A stretch of 64,000 bases of DNA from Candidatus Latescibacterota bacterium. GTDB taxonomy: Bacteria > Latescibacterota > UBA2968 > UBA8231. Below, piece by piece: positions 9,642-19,619 of this stretch. The notes under the pieces are model-generated. The model saw nothing but the letters and a program-made list of their open reading frames with translations. It was not told the origin of the DNA and did not search any database. Numbering within the stretch: position 1 is the first letter of the stretch; the number at the start of each line of letters is the position of its first letter. The stretch lies in NCBI GenBank assembly GCA_965219385.1, contig CBDCNM010000002.1, positions 158,639 through 222,638 of the forward strand, read 5' to 3'. Made by a program: the position numbers and the translations under genes.

Positions 9642-10747
9642 GTAAAACAGCCTTCATAGATCACATCCGTATCCAAGGTTTCCGGTCGTTGGCCGATGTC
9701 GAGCTTGCGGGAATCCCCAAGGCGGCGGTCCTGATTGGCGCCAACGGCTCGGGCAAGTCGAATTTCATTCGCTTCTTCGAAATGCTGAGCTGGATGCTCG
9801 GGTCTCGCAGGCTCGGCGAGTTCGTCGAGAGGCAAGGAGGAGCAGACGATCAGTTGTTCGGCGGCAGCGAGCGCAGCCCGCGCATAGACGCCACGGTGAC
9901 CATGCGAACCGAAGCGGGCCGGAACGATTATCGGTTCGCACTCGCTCACGCTCATCCCGATCGTTTCATATTCACGGAAGAGGCATTCCGCTTCAGCCAC
10001 AAGGATTTCGATACCGAGGCAGGCTGGCAATATCTCGGAAGCAGTCACCCGGAAGCGAAGATTGTCGAGGCACAATCCAACACTACTGCCAGGGTGATTG
10101 TGAACCTGCTCCGCAATTGCGCTGTCTATCAATTTCACGACACATCCGACACATCTGACTTCAAAAAGAGATGGGATGCAGAGGACAACGACTACCTTCG
10201 CAGTCACGGGGGCAACCTGGCCGCGGTGCTGCACCGGTTGGAGCGGGAAGACGTCAAGCGATTTGAGCTGATCTGCCGACACGTCGGCCGGGTCTTGCCG
10301 GTCTTCGACCGTTTTCAGATCGAGGAGAGCTACGGAAAGGTGTTGCTGAGGTGGAAGGCCAAGGGTACGGATAAAACCTTTGGCGCCCACCTCACGTCCG
10401 ACGGCTCGCTGCGGTTCTTCGCCCTGGTGACACTACTCAATCTGCCGCCGGAGATGTTGCCCGACGTACTCCTGTTGGACGAGCCGGAACTGGGCCTGCA
10501 TCCGGTGGCCATCGCCTTGGTCGGGGGCATGATAAAGGCCCTCGCCGAGGAAAGGCAGGTCATTGTGGCAACGCAGTCTCCCTTGCTGGTTGACGCCTTC
10601 GGTCTCGACGAAATATTCGTGTTGGATCTGCAGGACGGTCGTACTGAGTTTCGCAAACTGAAACCGGATGACTATCGTGTATGGCTCGACGACAGCTTCA
10701 CGTCGGGTGAGCTTTGGCAGAAGAACCTGCTTGGAGGACGCCCGTGA
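9638..10747 (+). CDS. AAA_21 ABC-type ATPase (COG4637-like)
   Basis: GANGSGKSN, SDGSLRF, LLLDEPELGLHP, ATQSP. Confidence 0.9.
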   Translation: MSKTAFIDHIRIQGFRSLADVELAGIPKAAVLIGANGSGKSNFIRFFEMLSWMLGSRRLGEFVERQGGADDQLFGGSERSPRIDATVTMRTEAGRNDYRFALAHAHPDRFIFTEEAFRFSHKDFDTEAGWQYLGSSHPEAKIVEAQSNTTARVIVNLLRNCAVYQFHDTSDTSDFKKRWDAEDNDYLRSHGGNLAAVLHRLEREDVKRFELICRHVGRVLPVFDRFQIEESYGKVLLRWKAKGTDKTFGAHLTSDGSLRFFALVTLLNLPPEMLPDVLLLDEPELGLHPVAIALVGGMIKALAEERQVIVATQSPLLVDAFGLDEIFVLDLQDGRTEFRKLKPDDYRVWLDDSFTSGELWQKNLLGGRP

Positions 10748-11388
10748 TCCGAGTCGCCATATCGGTGGAGGGCCGAACCGAAGAGGAATTCGTCAACAAC
10801 GTTCTTGTGGGCCATCTGCGGGGAAGTGGAGTCGAGCCGACACCGATTCTGCTTGGCCGCGCCCGCGGCAGGTTTGGCGGCGGAAATGTTTCGGTGGAGC
10901 GACTCGTGTTGGAAATGGCCCATTTACTCGACTCCTTCGATGTCGTGACGTCGCTCGTTGACTTCTATGGGTTTCGTCGCAAAGGAGATGAGATGGTTGA
11001 TGAGTTGGAGAAAGATCTGACTCGGCAAATCCGCAAGAAACTCGGCCACCGTTGGCATCCGGAAAAGGTGCTCCCGTATGTCCAACAACATGAGTTCGAG
11101 GGTCTGTTGTTCTCGGATGTGGACGCCTTTGCAAATGCAATCGATGTGTCGGAAGAGTCCATTGAAAAATTGCGGAGGATCCGTTTAGAGTTTCCGACTC
11201 CCGAAGACATTAATGACAATAGTGACACGGCGCCGAGCAAACGGATTGTAAAGGTTATACCTCGGTACCGAAAGACCGTTCACGGCCCCCTTCTGGCAAT
11301 GGAGACAGGCTTGGCCGCGATTCGCGCTGCATGCCCTCGGTTCGGCGACTGGGTGACGCGCTTGGAGTCGCTGGGGAGCCGAGATTGA
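10744..11388 (+). CDS. DUF4276 family (TOPRIM-like) protein
   Basis: VEGRTEEEFV, VDFYG, HEFEGLLFSD, PEDIND...TAPSKRI, CPRF. Confidence 0.85.
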   Translation: MIRVAISVEGRTEEEFVNNVLVGHLRGSGVEPTPILLGRARGRFGGGNVSVERLVLEMAHLLDSFDVVTSLVDFYGFRRKGDEMVDELEKDLTRQIRKKLGHRWHPEKVLPYVQQHEFEGLLFSDVDAFANAIDVSEESIEKLRRIRLEFPTPEDINDNSDTAPSKRIVKVIPRYRKTVHGPLLAMETGLAAIRAACPRFGDWVTRLESLGSRD

Positions 11389-11425
11389 ACCACCGCACAG
11401 AGGAACGATCAAGGAGAGATACGGA

Positions 11426-14197
11426 ATGGCGCTTGAGCCTTGGTATAAAATCGTAACGCTTCGCAAGGAAGTGCGCGAAGGCCGCTCGTTCAGCCCGGAC
11501 GAGTTCGCCATTGCCCTGGAACAGATCATAGCCAAAACCGCCCCCGTGGATTACCGCGAGCCGGACCAGTTCTTTTCGCGCACCTGCTTTACGCGCGCGT
11601 TGAAGGAGCACGCCGGCATGGTGCTCCGGCGCCTTTCCGGCAAGACCGAGAACACGGCGCCGGTCCTCACTTTGATCACCCAATTCGGCGGCGGCAAGAC
11701 CCACACCCTCACCGCGCTCTACCACCTCGCCAACGCCGGCGCGGACGCCTCCAAATTCCCCGGCGTGGCCGGTCTCCTGAACGAGGCCGGGATGGCGGAA
11801 GCTCCCTCCGCCCGCGTCGGCGTATTCGTCGGCAATGCCTGGGACCCGACGGAAGGCCGGGAGACGCCCTGGATCGATCTGGCACGCCAACTGGCAGGCG
11901 AGCAGGGCGTCGCCGCGCTTGGCGCTGCCGCGCGGACCACACCGCCGGGAACCGAGGCACTGGCCAACGTGTGCGCCGCTGCACAGGCACCCGTGCTGCT
12001 GCTGTTCGACGAGGTACTCAACTTCGTCAACCGCCACCGAGGCATGGCCGAAAGCTTCCACGCTTTCCTGCAGAACCTGACCGTTGCCGTCACCGGTACC
12101 ACCCAAGCCGCGGCGGTTGTCAGCCTGCCTCGCAGCCAGGTCGAAATGACCGACTGGGATCAGCAGTGGCAGGAGCGGATCACCAAAGTGGTCCGCCGCG
12201 TCGCCCGCGACCTGATCGCCAATGACGAATCCGAGATCAGCGAGGTGGTCCGGCGGCGGCTCTTCGAGGATCTCGGCAATGTGCGCGTTCGCAAGAAGGT
12301 CGCCAGGACCTACGCGGACTGGTGCTTCGAGCGTACCGCCCGCCTTCCGGCCGAATGGCTGGCCGTCGACACCGCGACGACGGAGGCCAAGGCAAGGGAG
12401 TTTCTGAGGGGACGATTTGAGGCTTGCTATCCCTTCCATCCTGCGACCCTGTCGGTCTTTCAACGCAAGTGGCGCGCCCTCCCCCAGTTTCAGCAGACCC
12501 GTGGAGCGCTGGCCATGCTCGCGCAGTGGATCTCCTGGGCCGCTCGCGAGCAGTTCGGAAAGGCGCGCACGGAGCCGCTGATCACGCTGGGATCGGCCCC
12601 CCTGGACGTGCCTGAATTCCGGGCCGTCGTCCTCGGCCAACTGGGCGAGACTCGACTCGACGTGGCCGTCGAAGCCGACCTCGCAGGACCGATGGCGCAT
12701 GCCCAGGCTCTGGATGTGGACGCCACGGGGGCTCTCCGCGACATCCACCGCCGCGTGGGCACGACCATCCTGTTCGAGTCCTCCGGTGGGCAGGTGGACA
12801 AAGAGGCTCATCTGCCGGAATTACGCTTCGCGCTCGGCGAGCCCGAGGTCGACACCACGACCATCGACAACGCCGCTGCAGCCCTGGAGACATCGGGGTT
12901 CTTCATTCGCAAGGTGGGGACAGACGGCTATCGCATCCACCACCAGGCGACATTGAAGAAGGTCGTCAGCGATCGGCGGGCATCGCTGGATGAGGAGACA
13001 GAGACCAAGCCAGCCATCCGCAAGCTCGTCGAAGGCGAGTTCAAACGTGGCGCAACCCTTCCCGTTGTTTTCTTCCCGGAGGATAGCGCCGCGGTCCAGG
13101 ATTCTCCGCGCCTCGCACTGATCGTCCTCGACCCCGAAGCGGAGTGGAAGGACGGCGACCAGGTAGTTGAGCGCATTGGCGATTGGACGAAGGAACGGGG
13201 CAATTCGCCCCGGCTCTACCCGGGCTCGTTGGTCTGGTGCGCCAGGAAACCAGGACGGGAACTTCGGGAGAAGGTTGAGTTGTGGCTTGCCTGGCAGCGC
13301 GTGGCGCGCGAGGTGGCAGAGGGCGTCCTTGGTGCGGAATTCGACCGTGCCGACCATGCCGAAGTTCGGACCAAGGTCAAGGACGCGGAGGAAGCCGCCA
13401 AGGACGAAGCTTGGGCGAGCTATCGTTTCGTGGCGCTCTCGGATACGCGGGAGCAACACGGGCTCAAAATCATCGACCTCGGGGCTGGGCATACAAGTGC
13501 GAGCGAAACGCTCTGCGGCCGGATCATCGGCGCGTTGAAGTCCGAAGCTCTGCTGAACGAGAACGTGGGGGCCGGTTACATTGACCGCCACTGGCCACCT
13601 GCGTTCGAGGACACCGGGGCTTGGCCCCTCACTAGTTTGCGACAGAGCTTCCTCGACGGCTCGTTAACGCGGTTGATCGATCCTGACGCGATCCTTCGCC
13701 GGCAGATCGCCGAGTTCGTGCCGAAGGGAGATTTTGGCCTGGCGTCCGGAATAAAGAACGATGGCAGCTACAGCCGGCTGTGGTACGCCGAACAGATAGG
13801 ACAGGAAGAGGTAGCGTTTGAACCGAGCGTCTTCCTGCTGACCAAGGCCAAGGCCGAAGAACTCAAAGCGACACCCAGCGACCCGCCACCACAGCCGGGA
13901 CCTTCCCCAGTCCCGGATCCGGAACCCTCCGCGGAGGCTGAAAAGGAACCCGGTCCCGAGCCGGGTCCGGGAAATCGGAAAACGACGCTTCGGCTCGCCG
14001 GCACCGTGCCCTCGGAAGTCTGGAACAGCCTGGGGCGCAGACTTCTGCCCAAGCTGCGATCCGGCGACGACCTCAGCGTCGGAATCGAGTTCTCAGTGAG
14101 TGTCAGCTCGCAGTTTGCACAGAACATGGAGACGGAGTTACAGCAGATTCTGGATGATCTCGGGCTGGGTGACCGGGTTCGTGTTGAGCGGCCGTAA
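11426..14197 (+). CDS. DUF499 AAA+ ATPase
   Basis: TQFGGGKTH, LLLFDE, YPFHP, FQQTRGAL; Pro-rich linker near the C-terminus. Confidence 0.9.
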   Translation: MALEPWYKIVTLRKEVREGRSFSPDEFAIALEQIIAKTAPVDYREPDQFFSRTCFTRALKEHAGMVLRRLSGKTENTAPVLTLITQFGGGKTHTLTALYHLANAGADASKFPGVAGLLNEAGMAEAPSARVGVFVGNAWDPTEGRETPWIDLARQLAGEQGVAALGAAARTTPPGTEALANVCAAAQAPVLLLFDEVLNFVNRHRGMAESFHAFLQNLTVAVTGTTQAAAVVSLPRSQVEMTDWDQQWQERITKVVRRVARDLIANDESEISEVVRRRLFEDLGNVRVRKKVARTYADWCFERTARLPAEWLAVDTATTEAKAREFLRGRFEACYPFHPATLSVFQRKWRALPQFQQTRGALAMLAQWISWAAREQFGKARTEPLITLGSAPLDVPEFRAVVLGQLGETRLDVAVEADLAGPMAHAQALDVDATGALRDIHRRVGTTILFESSGGQVDKEAHLPELRFALGEPEVDTTTIDNAAAALETSGFFIRKVGTDGYRIHHQATLKKVVSDRRASLDEETETKPAIRKLVEGEFKRGATLPVVFFPEDSAAVQDSPRLALIVLDPEAEWKDGDQVVERIGDWTKERGNSPRLYPGSLVWCARKPGRELREKVELWLAWQRVAREVAEGVLGAEFDRADHAEVRTKVKDAEEAAKDEAWASYRFVALSDTREQHGLKIIDLGAGHTSASETLCGRIIGALKSEALLNENVGAGYIDRHWPPAFEDTGAWPLTSLRQSFLDGSLTRLIDPDAILRRQIAEFVPKGDFGLASGIKNDGSYSRLWYAEQIGQEEVAFEPSVFLLTKAKAEELKATPSDPPPQPGPSPVPDPEPSAEAEKEPGPEPGPGNRKTTLRLAGTVPSEVWNSLGRRLLPKLRSGDDLSVGIEFSVSVSSQFAQNMETELQQILDDLGLGDRVRVERP

Positions 14198-14261
14198 GTC
14201 CAAAGAGGTCGGCGGCAAAGTGCGGTTGAATGTTGTCCGAAAAAAGAGAATAGAGTGTAAG

Positions 14262-14480
14262 ATGGTAAGGCGTAACCCTAGAACGAGCAAACCACCGATG
14301 GTTTCACCTTCAGTTACTCCGCAACAGGGGATTAAGCTTCTGCAAAGGCAGTCCGAAAAGGGTGCCTCACTACTTGAGAACCGACCGCTGAAAGAGGAGC
14401 CCTATGATTTCTGGACGATGGTCACTGGGGATTATCTCGTCAAGGCCTTCGGTTCGGACTCGCCGCACGTGGACAAGTTT
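14262..14480 (+). pseudogene. Truncated gene, N-terminus resembling TIR-like nucleotide-binding proteins
   Basis: LLQRQSEKGASLLENRP...DYLVKAFGSDS is a resemblance from memory. Character of the sequence changes abruptly at ctag 14481. Confidence 0.35.
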
Positions 14481-14750
14481 CTAGTGCACCGCGGCAGAAA
14501 AGTGTCCGCCTATTCAGGCGACGAGGGCCCGGCCGGTGTACGTCCCCTTGAAAGGCTTGGCCAGAGTGCGGTTGAAGTATTCGATGAACGCCACAACCCG
14601 GGCTGGGAGGTCCTCTACGGAGGCGAAGCTGGCGCGCTTGTCGAGATCGCCCAGGGCCGCGACCCGGCGGACCAGGGATTCGGATTGATGCGTGTCGAGG
14701 TTGTCGACGATGAAAATTCATTGCCCATCCAGGTCGGTGCCCAGTAACTT
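14481..14750. mobile_element. Possible IS630-like end remnant
   Basis: Begins ctagtgcaccgcggcagaaaagt at the truncation point. No transposase or second IR visible. Confidence 0.35.
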
Positions 14751-14783
14751 GAGGATTTATGTCGTTTAACAACAGGAGGCCTC

Positions 14784-17357
14784 ATGAAATTCGTAAGCGC
14801 CATTGTCGCAATCATCTTCGTTATACAACCAGCCCAGGATGCCCATGGTCAGATTACGGTTTCAGGTACCGTGGTTTCGGATGAAACCGGTGAGGCCTTA
14901 CCGGGCGTAACGGTTGTCATTGAGGCCACATTCATCGGGGCGGTGACGGACCGGGACGGGGCCTATTCGATTGACCTTCGGTCTCTGGAGGACATTCTGG
15001 TTTTTTCCTTTGTGGGATTCCGGACGCGGCGATTGACGATAAGTCCCGGCGTCACCACTCTTGATGTCCGTTTGGAACCGAGCCTCGTCAGACTCGAGGA
15101 AATCAGCGTCGTTGCCGAGGCGTCCCGGATCTTCGCGAGCAACGTCGTCGCCGAGCCGATGAAGTATCAGCAGTCAAACATCACCAGCGTGACATCGGTG
15201 GTGGACAACCTCCCCGGTGTATCCATCCAGGAGGGGGACTCGTACGGCTTCGACGACTGGTCGAGCAACGTCGCCGTGCGCGGCTTCCAGGTGACCATCA
15301 ACGACGCGCAGATCGGCACGACCATCGACGGATTCCCGAACGGCACGTCTGACTACTGGAGCGGTGCCAAGGCGAACCGGTTCCTCGACCCGATGAACCT
15401 CGGAGGTGTCGAAGTGTCGCAGGGAACGGCCGACATCGTCTCCCGGTCGGTCGAGGCGCTTGGGGGCACCTTCAACTTCATCACGGACGATCCGGCGGCC
15501 GAGCGGACCTACACCGCTTCGACCACCATCGGCGAGAACGACGGCAAGCGGTTCTCCATGCGCGTCGACACCGGGTCGCTCTTCGCCCGCGAGACCCGCG
15601 CCTGGATCGCCGCGGTCCGCCAGGAGGCGACCGACTGGGTGCAGGGTTCGGCGCGGAACGAGCGGGAGCACGTCGCAGCCAAGCTGGTCTCGTCGCACGG
15701 GCGCCTCGATCTCACCAGCTACGTCTCGTACGACAGCATCCACGAGGACACCTATCAGCGGATTTACGGCGAGGGAGATTTCCGGGCCAACCCGCGTTGG
15801 GACCGCCTGGTGGGCGACTGGCCCGGCGTTCCATACCTGAACCAGTTCTACCGGCCCGGCTGGCAGACCCGGCGGAACAACACGTTCGCCAACCTGAAGG
15901 CGGACTGGCGGTTCAGCGACGTCACTTCGCTGAGCGTGGGCGTCTATTTTCATAGGAACCGGGGCCGCGGCGACTGGCTGCCCCCCTACATCGTCGACGT
16001 CGCCGACGACGGCGTCGGACCGGAATCGGAACTGATGGGCCGGGTGCCGGTACAGGGCGGCGAGCAGCTCGGGCTGATCCGCTTCGTGAACCGGGACGGC
16101 GTCGCTGTCGGCCCGACGCCCGGATGCACGTCGTCCTACATCTTCAACTACTACGGCTCGGGCGGCCCGGAGGTCGACCCTGGGTGCCACCCGGATGCCA
16201 CCGCGGTGCAGTCGTACCGCCACAGCCACTACGGGAAGGACCGCTTCGGCGTGACGCTCGACGAGGAGTGGTTCACCACCGTCGGCGCCGCCGGCAGCGC
16301 GTTGCGCGCCGGAATCTGGTACGAGGACTCGCGGCGAGACCTCGGCCGGGACTGGCACCGGATGCTGGATCCGAGGCTCAGCTTCAAGTGGGACGAGCAG
16401 GCCTACTGGCACCAGTACGAGTGGGACTTCCCGCAGTCCGTCTTCAAGTGGTACGTGGAGGAGACGCTCTATGTCGGCCCGTTCGCTCTGAGCGGCGGCG
16501 TCAAGCAGTTCCTGGTGGACGTGTCGCGCGAGGACTTGTTTGGCGTCGACCCGGACTTGGCGGTCGATTCCGATTCGAATCTGCTCTTCTCCGGCGGCGG
16601 CACGTACGAGACGCCGGTCGAAGGCCTCAGTCTCTTTGCCGGCTATGCAGAGAACTTCAAGGCGATCAGCAGCACGCTCCTCGAGGCGCCGGGACGGAGC
16701 CTCGACCTCCTCGATCCGGAAACCGCATCCAACATCGATGTTGGACTACAGTACACGGGGAAGTGGATTGCGCTAGGTGCCACTGGGTACGTCATCGACT
16801 TTCAGAACCGGATTTTCTACCTCGGCCCGCAAACGCCGGCCGGTCCCAACTACCTCATCCCGGGTGGCGGCGCCTACTTCAATGCGGGCGGCATCCACAC
16901 GAACGGGTTCGAGTTCTCAGCAACGGTGCAGATGCCGCAGCAGATGTCGCTCTACACCGCCTTCACGTCCAACAACTCGGAGTATATCGGGAGTGGTGAT
17001 CCTCTCGTCGACGAAAGCCAGAATATCATCGCGGGGACTGAGGTCACCGGCGTACCGGACAGACTGTGGGTCGTCTCGCTCGATCGGACCGGGCCTCTCC
17101 GCATGGGACTAACGGCCAAGTACACATCGCCGCGGCGTGTCAGCCTGACGGCGGACTGGTACTCGGACGCCTACTGGCTGGTGGACGCATATCTCGGTTT
17201 CTCAGGCGAGGCGCTGGGCCATTTGTTCCGGTCGACGGAGTTCTCGATCGTGGCGAACAATCTGCTCGACAAGGCCTATCTGTCCGCCATCACCGAGAAC
17301 GCTGCCTGGCTCGGTGCGCCGCGGACGATCTCAATGACCGTGACTGTCTCGTTCTAG
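14784..17357 (+). CDS. TonB-dependent receptor with N-terminal carboxypeptidase-regulatory-like domain
   Basis: Signal peptide; SGTVVSDETGEALPGVTV...FSFVGF; plug LPGV..RGF..IDG; C-terminal NNLLDKAY...GAPRTISMTVTVSF. Confidence 0.92.
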   Translation: MKFVSAIVAIIFVIQPAQDAHGQITVSGTVVSDETGEALPGVTVVIEATFIGAVTDRDGAYSIDLRSLEDILVFSFVGFRTRRLTISPGVTTLDVRLEPSLVRLEEISVVAEASRIFASNVVAEPMKYQQSNITSVTSVVDNLPGVSIQEGDSYGFDDWSSNVAVRGFQVTINDAQIGTTIDGFPNGTSDYWSGAKANRFLDPMNLGGVEVSQGTADIVSRSVEALGGTFNFITDDPAAERTYTASTTIGENDGKRFSMRVDTGSLFARETRAWIAAVRQEATDWVQGSARNEREHVAAKLVSSHGRLDLTSYVSYDSIHEDTYQRIYGEGDFRANPRWDRLVGDWPGVPYLNQFYRPGWQTRRNNTFANLKADWRFSDVTSLSVGVYFHRNRGRGDWLPPYIVDVADDGVGPESELMGRVPVQGGEQLGLIRFVNRDGVAVGPTPGCTSSYIFNYYGSGGPEVDPGCHPDATAVQSYRHSHYGKDRFGVTLDEEWFTTVGAAGSALRAGIWYEDSRRDLGRDWHRMLDPRLSFKWDEQAYWHQYEWDFPQSVFKWYVEETLYVGPFALSGGVKQFLVDVSREDLFGVDPDLAVDSDSNLLFSGGGTYETPVEGLSLFAGYAENFKAISSTLLEAPGRSLDLLDPETASNIDVGLQYTGKWIALGATGYVIDFQNRIFYLGPQTPAGPNYLIPGGGAYFNAGGIHTNGFEFSATVQMPQQMSLYTAFTSNNSEYIGSGDPLVDESQNIIAGTEVTGVPDRLWVVSLDRTGPLRMGLTAKYTSPRRVSLTADWYSDAYWLVDAYLGFSGEALGHLFRSTEFSIVANNLLDKAYLSAITENAAWLGAPRTISMTVTVSF

Positions 17358-17945
17358 CGGAGCACGACGGGGCAGCAGACGGCGACCACGACACGCAATT
17401 CTTTTGAACGGAAGACAGCAGGTGGACTCCATAGCACAGCCACCAGCCGGGATCCAGGACCATACTGAGCTGTCCAAGAGACCAGGCGCTGATCCCCAAC
17501 CCCACGATGAATCCCCAGCAACCGGAGAAGGTCGGTGCATCATGTCCCTGAGATGGCGTCGATCATCTCCATCGTCTTCACCGCGTCGTCCGGACTACAG
17601 GCCGGGAACGACGAGCCGGACATCCCGGCCCCCATGTCGGAGATGCGGCTGATTTGACCTGAAGAGCGGAAGTCGTCTTGACGCCGCGTCCGCTTTTGCT
17701 GACTTTGATCGGGAAGGGGTTAACTCAAAAACATGCCGCTCTGGATCAGATCATTGTTTAACAATCATTCAAAGAGAAAATCGATAGATAGGCGCCGCGT
17801 CGGAGTAGCTTTTCTACTTTCATGCGTCCTTCATAGCAGCAGGCACTCGTATCTTGCCCGGAGCAACCAACAAAGTGAATGGAAGGCAAAGAGCGCTAGT
17901 ACAACGGCAGGTTCAGGATTTAATCATTGACGATATAAGCAGACA

Positions 17946-18785
17946 ATGAAGATGGAACAGGCCAGGGCATTCGCACCCGGCAATATCTCCTGTGTATTCA
18001 AGATCGTGTCGCACCCGGACCCCGCCAAGATGCATTCGCTGGGCATGGGCTTCACGATCAGGGAAGGCGTGGTGGCAACCGTCGCCCGGCACGAGCGGCG
18101 GGCCGTGGTGTTCAATGGCGATGAGGTGGCTTTTCCCACGGTCGCGGCGGTGGCCGACAAATTGACGCCTTTCTCCCTGCGGATAGAACTGGAGTCTCCC
18201 CTGCCCTTGAGTTGCGGTTTCGGCTTGAGCGGCGCTTCGGCTCTGGCTACGGCCTACGCCGTGAATGCCCTGCTGGAACTGGGCAAACCCGAGGAGGAAC
18301 TGGCCATGCATGCCCATGTCTCCGAGGTGGAAAACCTGACCGGGTTGGGAGATGTGTGCGCCCAGTACCACGGCGGCTGCCTGGTCAAGTTGCAGGAAGG
18401 CCATCCTCTGGCCGCCAGGCCTTTGCCGATTGGGGACCGGCCCATCTATTACCGTTACTTCAGCCCCATTCAGACCAGGGGGGTACTCAAGGATCCAAGG
18501 CAGAAGAAGCGCATCAACAAAGCGGCCGACAGAGCCCTGGTGGACATACAGAACCTCATGAAAACGGGCAAGGTCGATTTTGCCTCGTGCATTAAAATTT
18601 CCAAACTGTTTGCCATCGAAAGTAGATTGTTGAGGGATCGCAGTGTCGAGCAGATCATTCAGCAAGTTGAGGCCGCGCGGGGAACCGCATCCATGATCAT
18701 GCTGGGGAATGCGGTGTTCGGTACGCAATCTTTTGCTGGGGCGCGGGAAACCATGCTCGTCCATCAAAGGGCAAAGGTCTTGTAG
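17946..18785 (+). CDS. Archaeal-type pantoate kinase (GHMP family)
   Basis: AFAPGNIS, PLSCGFGLSGA, AHVSEV..LTGLGDV, ASMIMLGNAVF; adjacent to PPS. Confidence 0.85.
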   Translation: MKMEQARAFAPGNISCVFKIVSHPDPAKMHSLGMGFTIREGVVATVARHERRAVVFNGDEVAFPTVAAVADKLTPFSLRIELESPLPLSCGFGLSGASALATAYAVNALLELGKPEEELAMHAHVSEVENLTGLGDVCAQYHGGCLVKLQEGHPLAARPLPIGDRPIYYRYFSPIQTRGVLKDPRQKKRINKAADRALVDIQNLMKTGKVDFASCIKISKLFAIESRLLRDRSVEQIIQQVEAARGTASMIMLGNAVFGTQSFAGARETMLVHQRAKVL

Positions 18786-19523
18786 ATGAGTGACGTATCC
18801 GAGCATCACCCTCGCTATGTATCGCTGAAGATACGGGATGCGATCGCTGCCGGCGTGGAGCAGGGGATTACCTCGATCCACGGTTTGATCGCCCACGGTC
18901 GCGGCGAGGCGTTCGACTACCTCCTGGGCGAGCAAACCCAGCCGTTTGCCCGCTGCGCCATTCAGGCGGCGGCGGCCATGCTCTTGCTGGCCCGGCATCC
19001 CGTGGTCTCCGTAAACGGCAATACCGCCGCCCTGGTGCCCGACGAAACAGTGGAACTGGGCCGCCGCCTCCAAGCGCCGCTGGAGGTCAATATCTTCCAC
19101 GCTTCGCAGGAGCGGGAAAAGGCCATACAGCGCCATCTGTTAAAACACGGCGCTCTAGAGGTGCTGATGCCCACGCAGGAGGCTCAGCTTTCTTTTATTG
19201 ATTCGAACCGCAGATTCGTGCATCCAGAAGGCATCTTGCGCGCCGATGCAGTCTTCGTGCCCCTGGAAGATGGAGATCGCTGCGAGACCCTGCGCCGGAT
19301 GGGCAAGGACGTGGTTACCGTAGATCTGAATCCCATGTCGCGCACGGCGGCGCGCGCGCGCGTGGCGATTGTGGACAATGTGGTGCGGGCCTTGCCGCTG
19401 CTGCTCGAGGAAGTCCACGCCCTGAAAAGCGCCTCGCCGGCCAGGCTGAAGGATGTGGTGGCGGAGTACAGTAACGAGGAGACGTTAAAGGCTGCGCTTC
19501 AGCGTTTGCGTCGGGGCGAATAG
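18786..19523 (+). CDS. Archaeal-type 4-phosphopantoate--beta-alanine ligase (phosphopantothenate synthetase)
   Basis: HPRYVSL, GLIAHGRGEAFDYLLGE, VSVNGN, VPLEDGDR, DLNPMSRTA. Confidence 0.93.
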   Translation: MSDVSEHHPRYVSLKIRDAIAAGVEQGITSIHGLIAHGRGEAFDYLLGEQTQPFARCAIQAAAAMLLLARHPVVSVNGNTAALVPDETVELGRRLQAPLEVNIFHASQEREKAIQRHLLKHGALEVLMPTQEAQLSFIDSNRRFVHPEGILRADAVFVPLEDGDRCETLRRMGKDVVTVDLNPMSRTAARARVAIVDNVVRALPLLLEEVHALKSASPARLKDVVAEYSNEETLKAALQRLRRGE

Positions 19524-19619
19524 TCAGTAGTTCACGGAATCGGCGGGCGGGGCCGGGCTTGTGCCTCTGGCGTTTTATGATGCCCAACTGAATATGTAAA
19601 GTGGGGGCAAAATACGCGG

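Noticed and set aside
11255..12811. Long antisense ORFs (also 5797-6993, 15174-16412, 17913-19136, 32737-34035, 59105-60442)
   Set aside because: These are shadow frames of high-GC genes with clear motifs on the opposite strand.
13880..13975. Pro-Glu-Pro-Gly repeats in DUF499
   Set aside because: Ordinary low-complexity linker.
17540..17630. Minus-strand fragment ...DDAVKTMEMIDAISGT*, like a Gfo/Idh/MocA C-terminus
   Set aside because: Too short to support as a feature; at most a decayed remnant.
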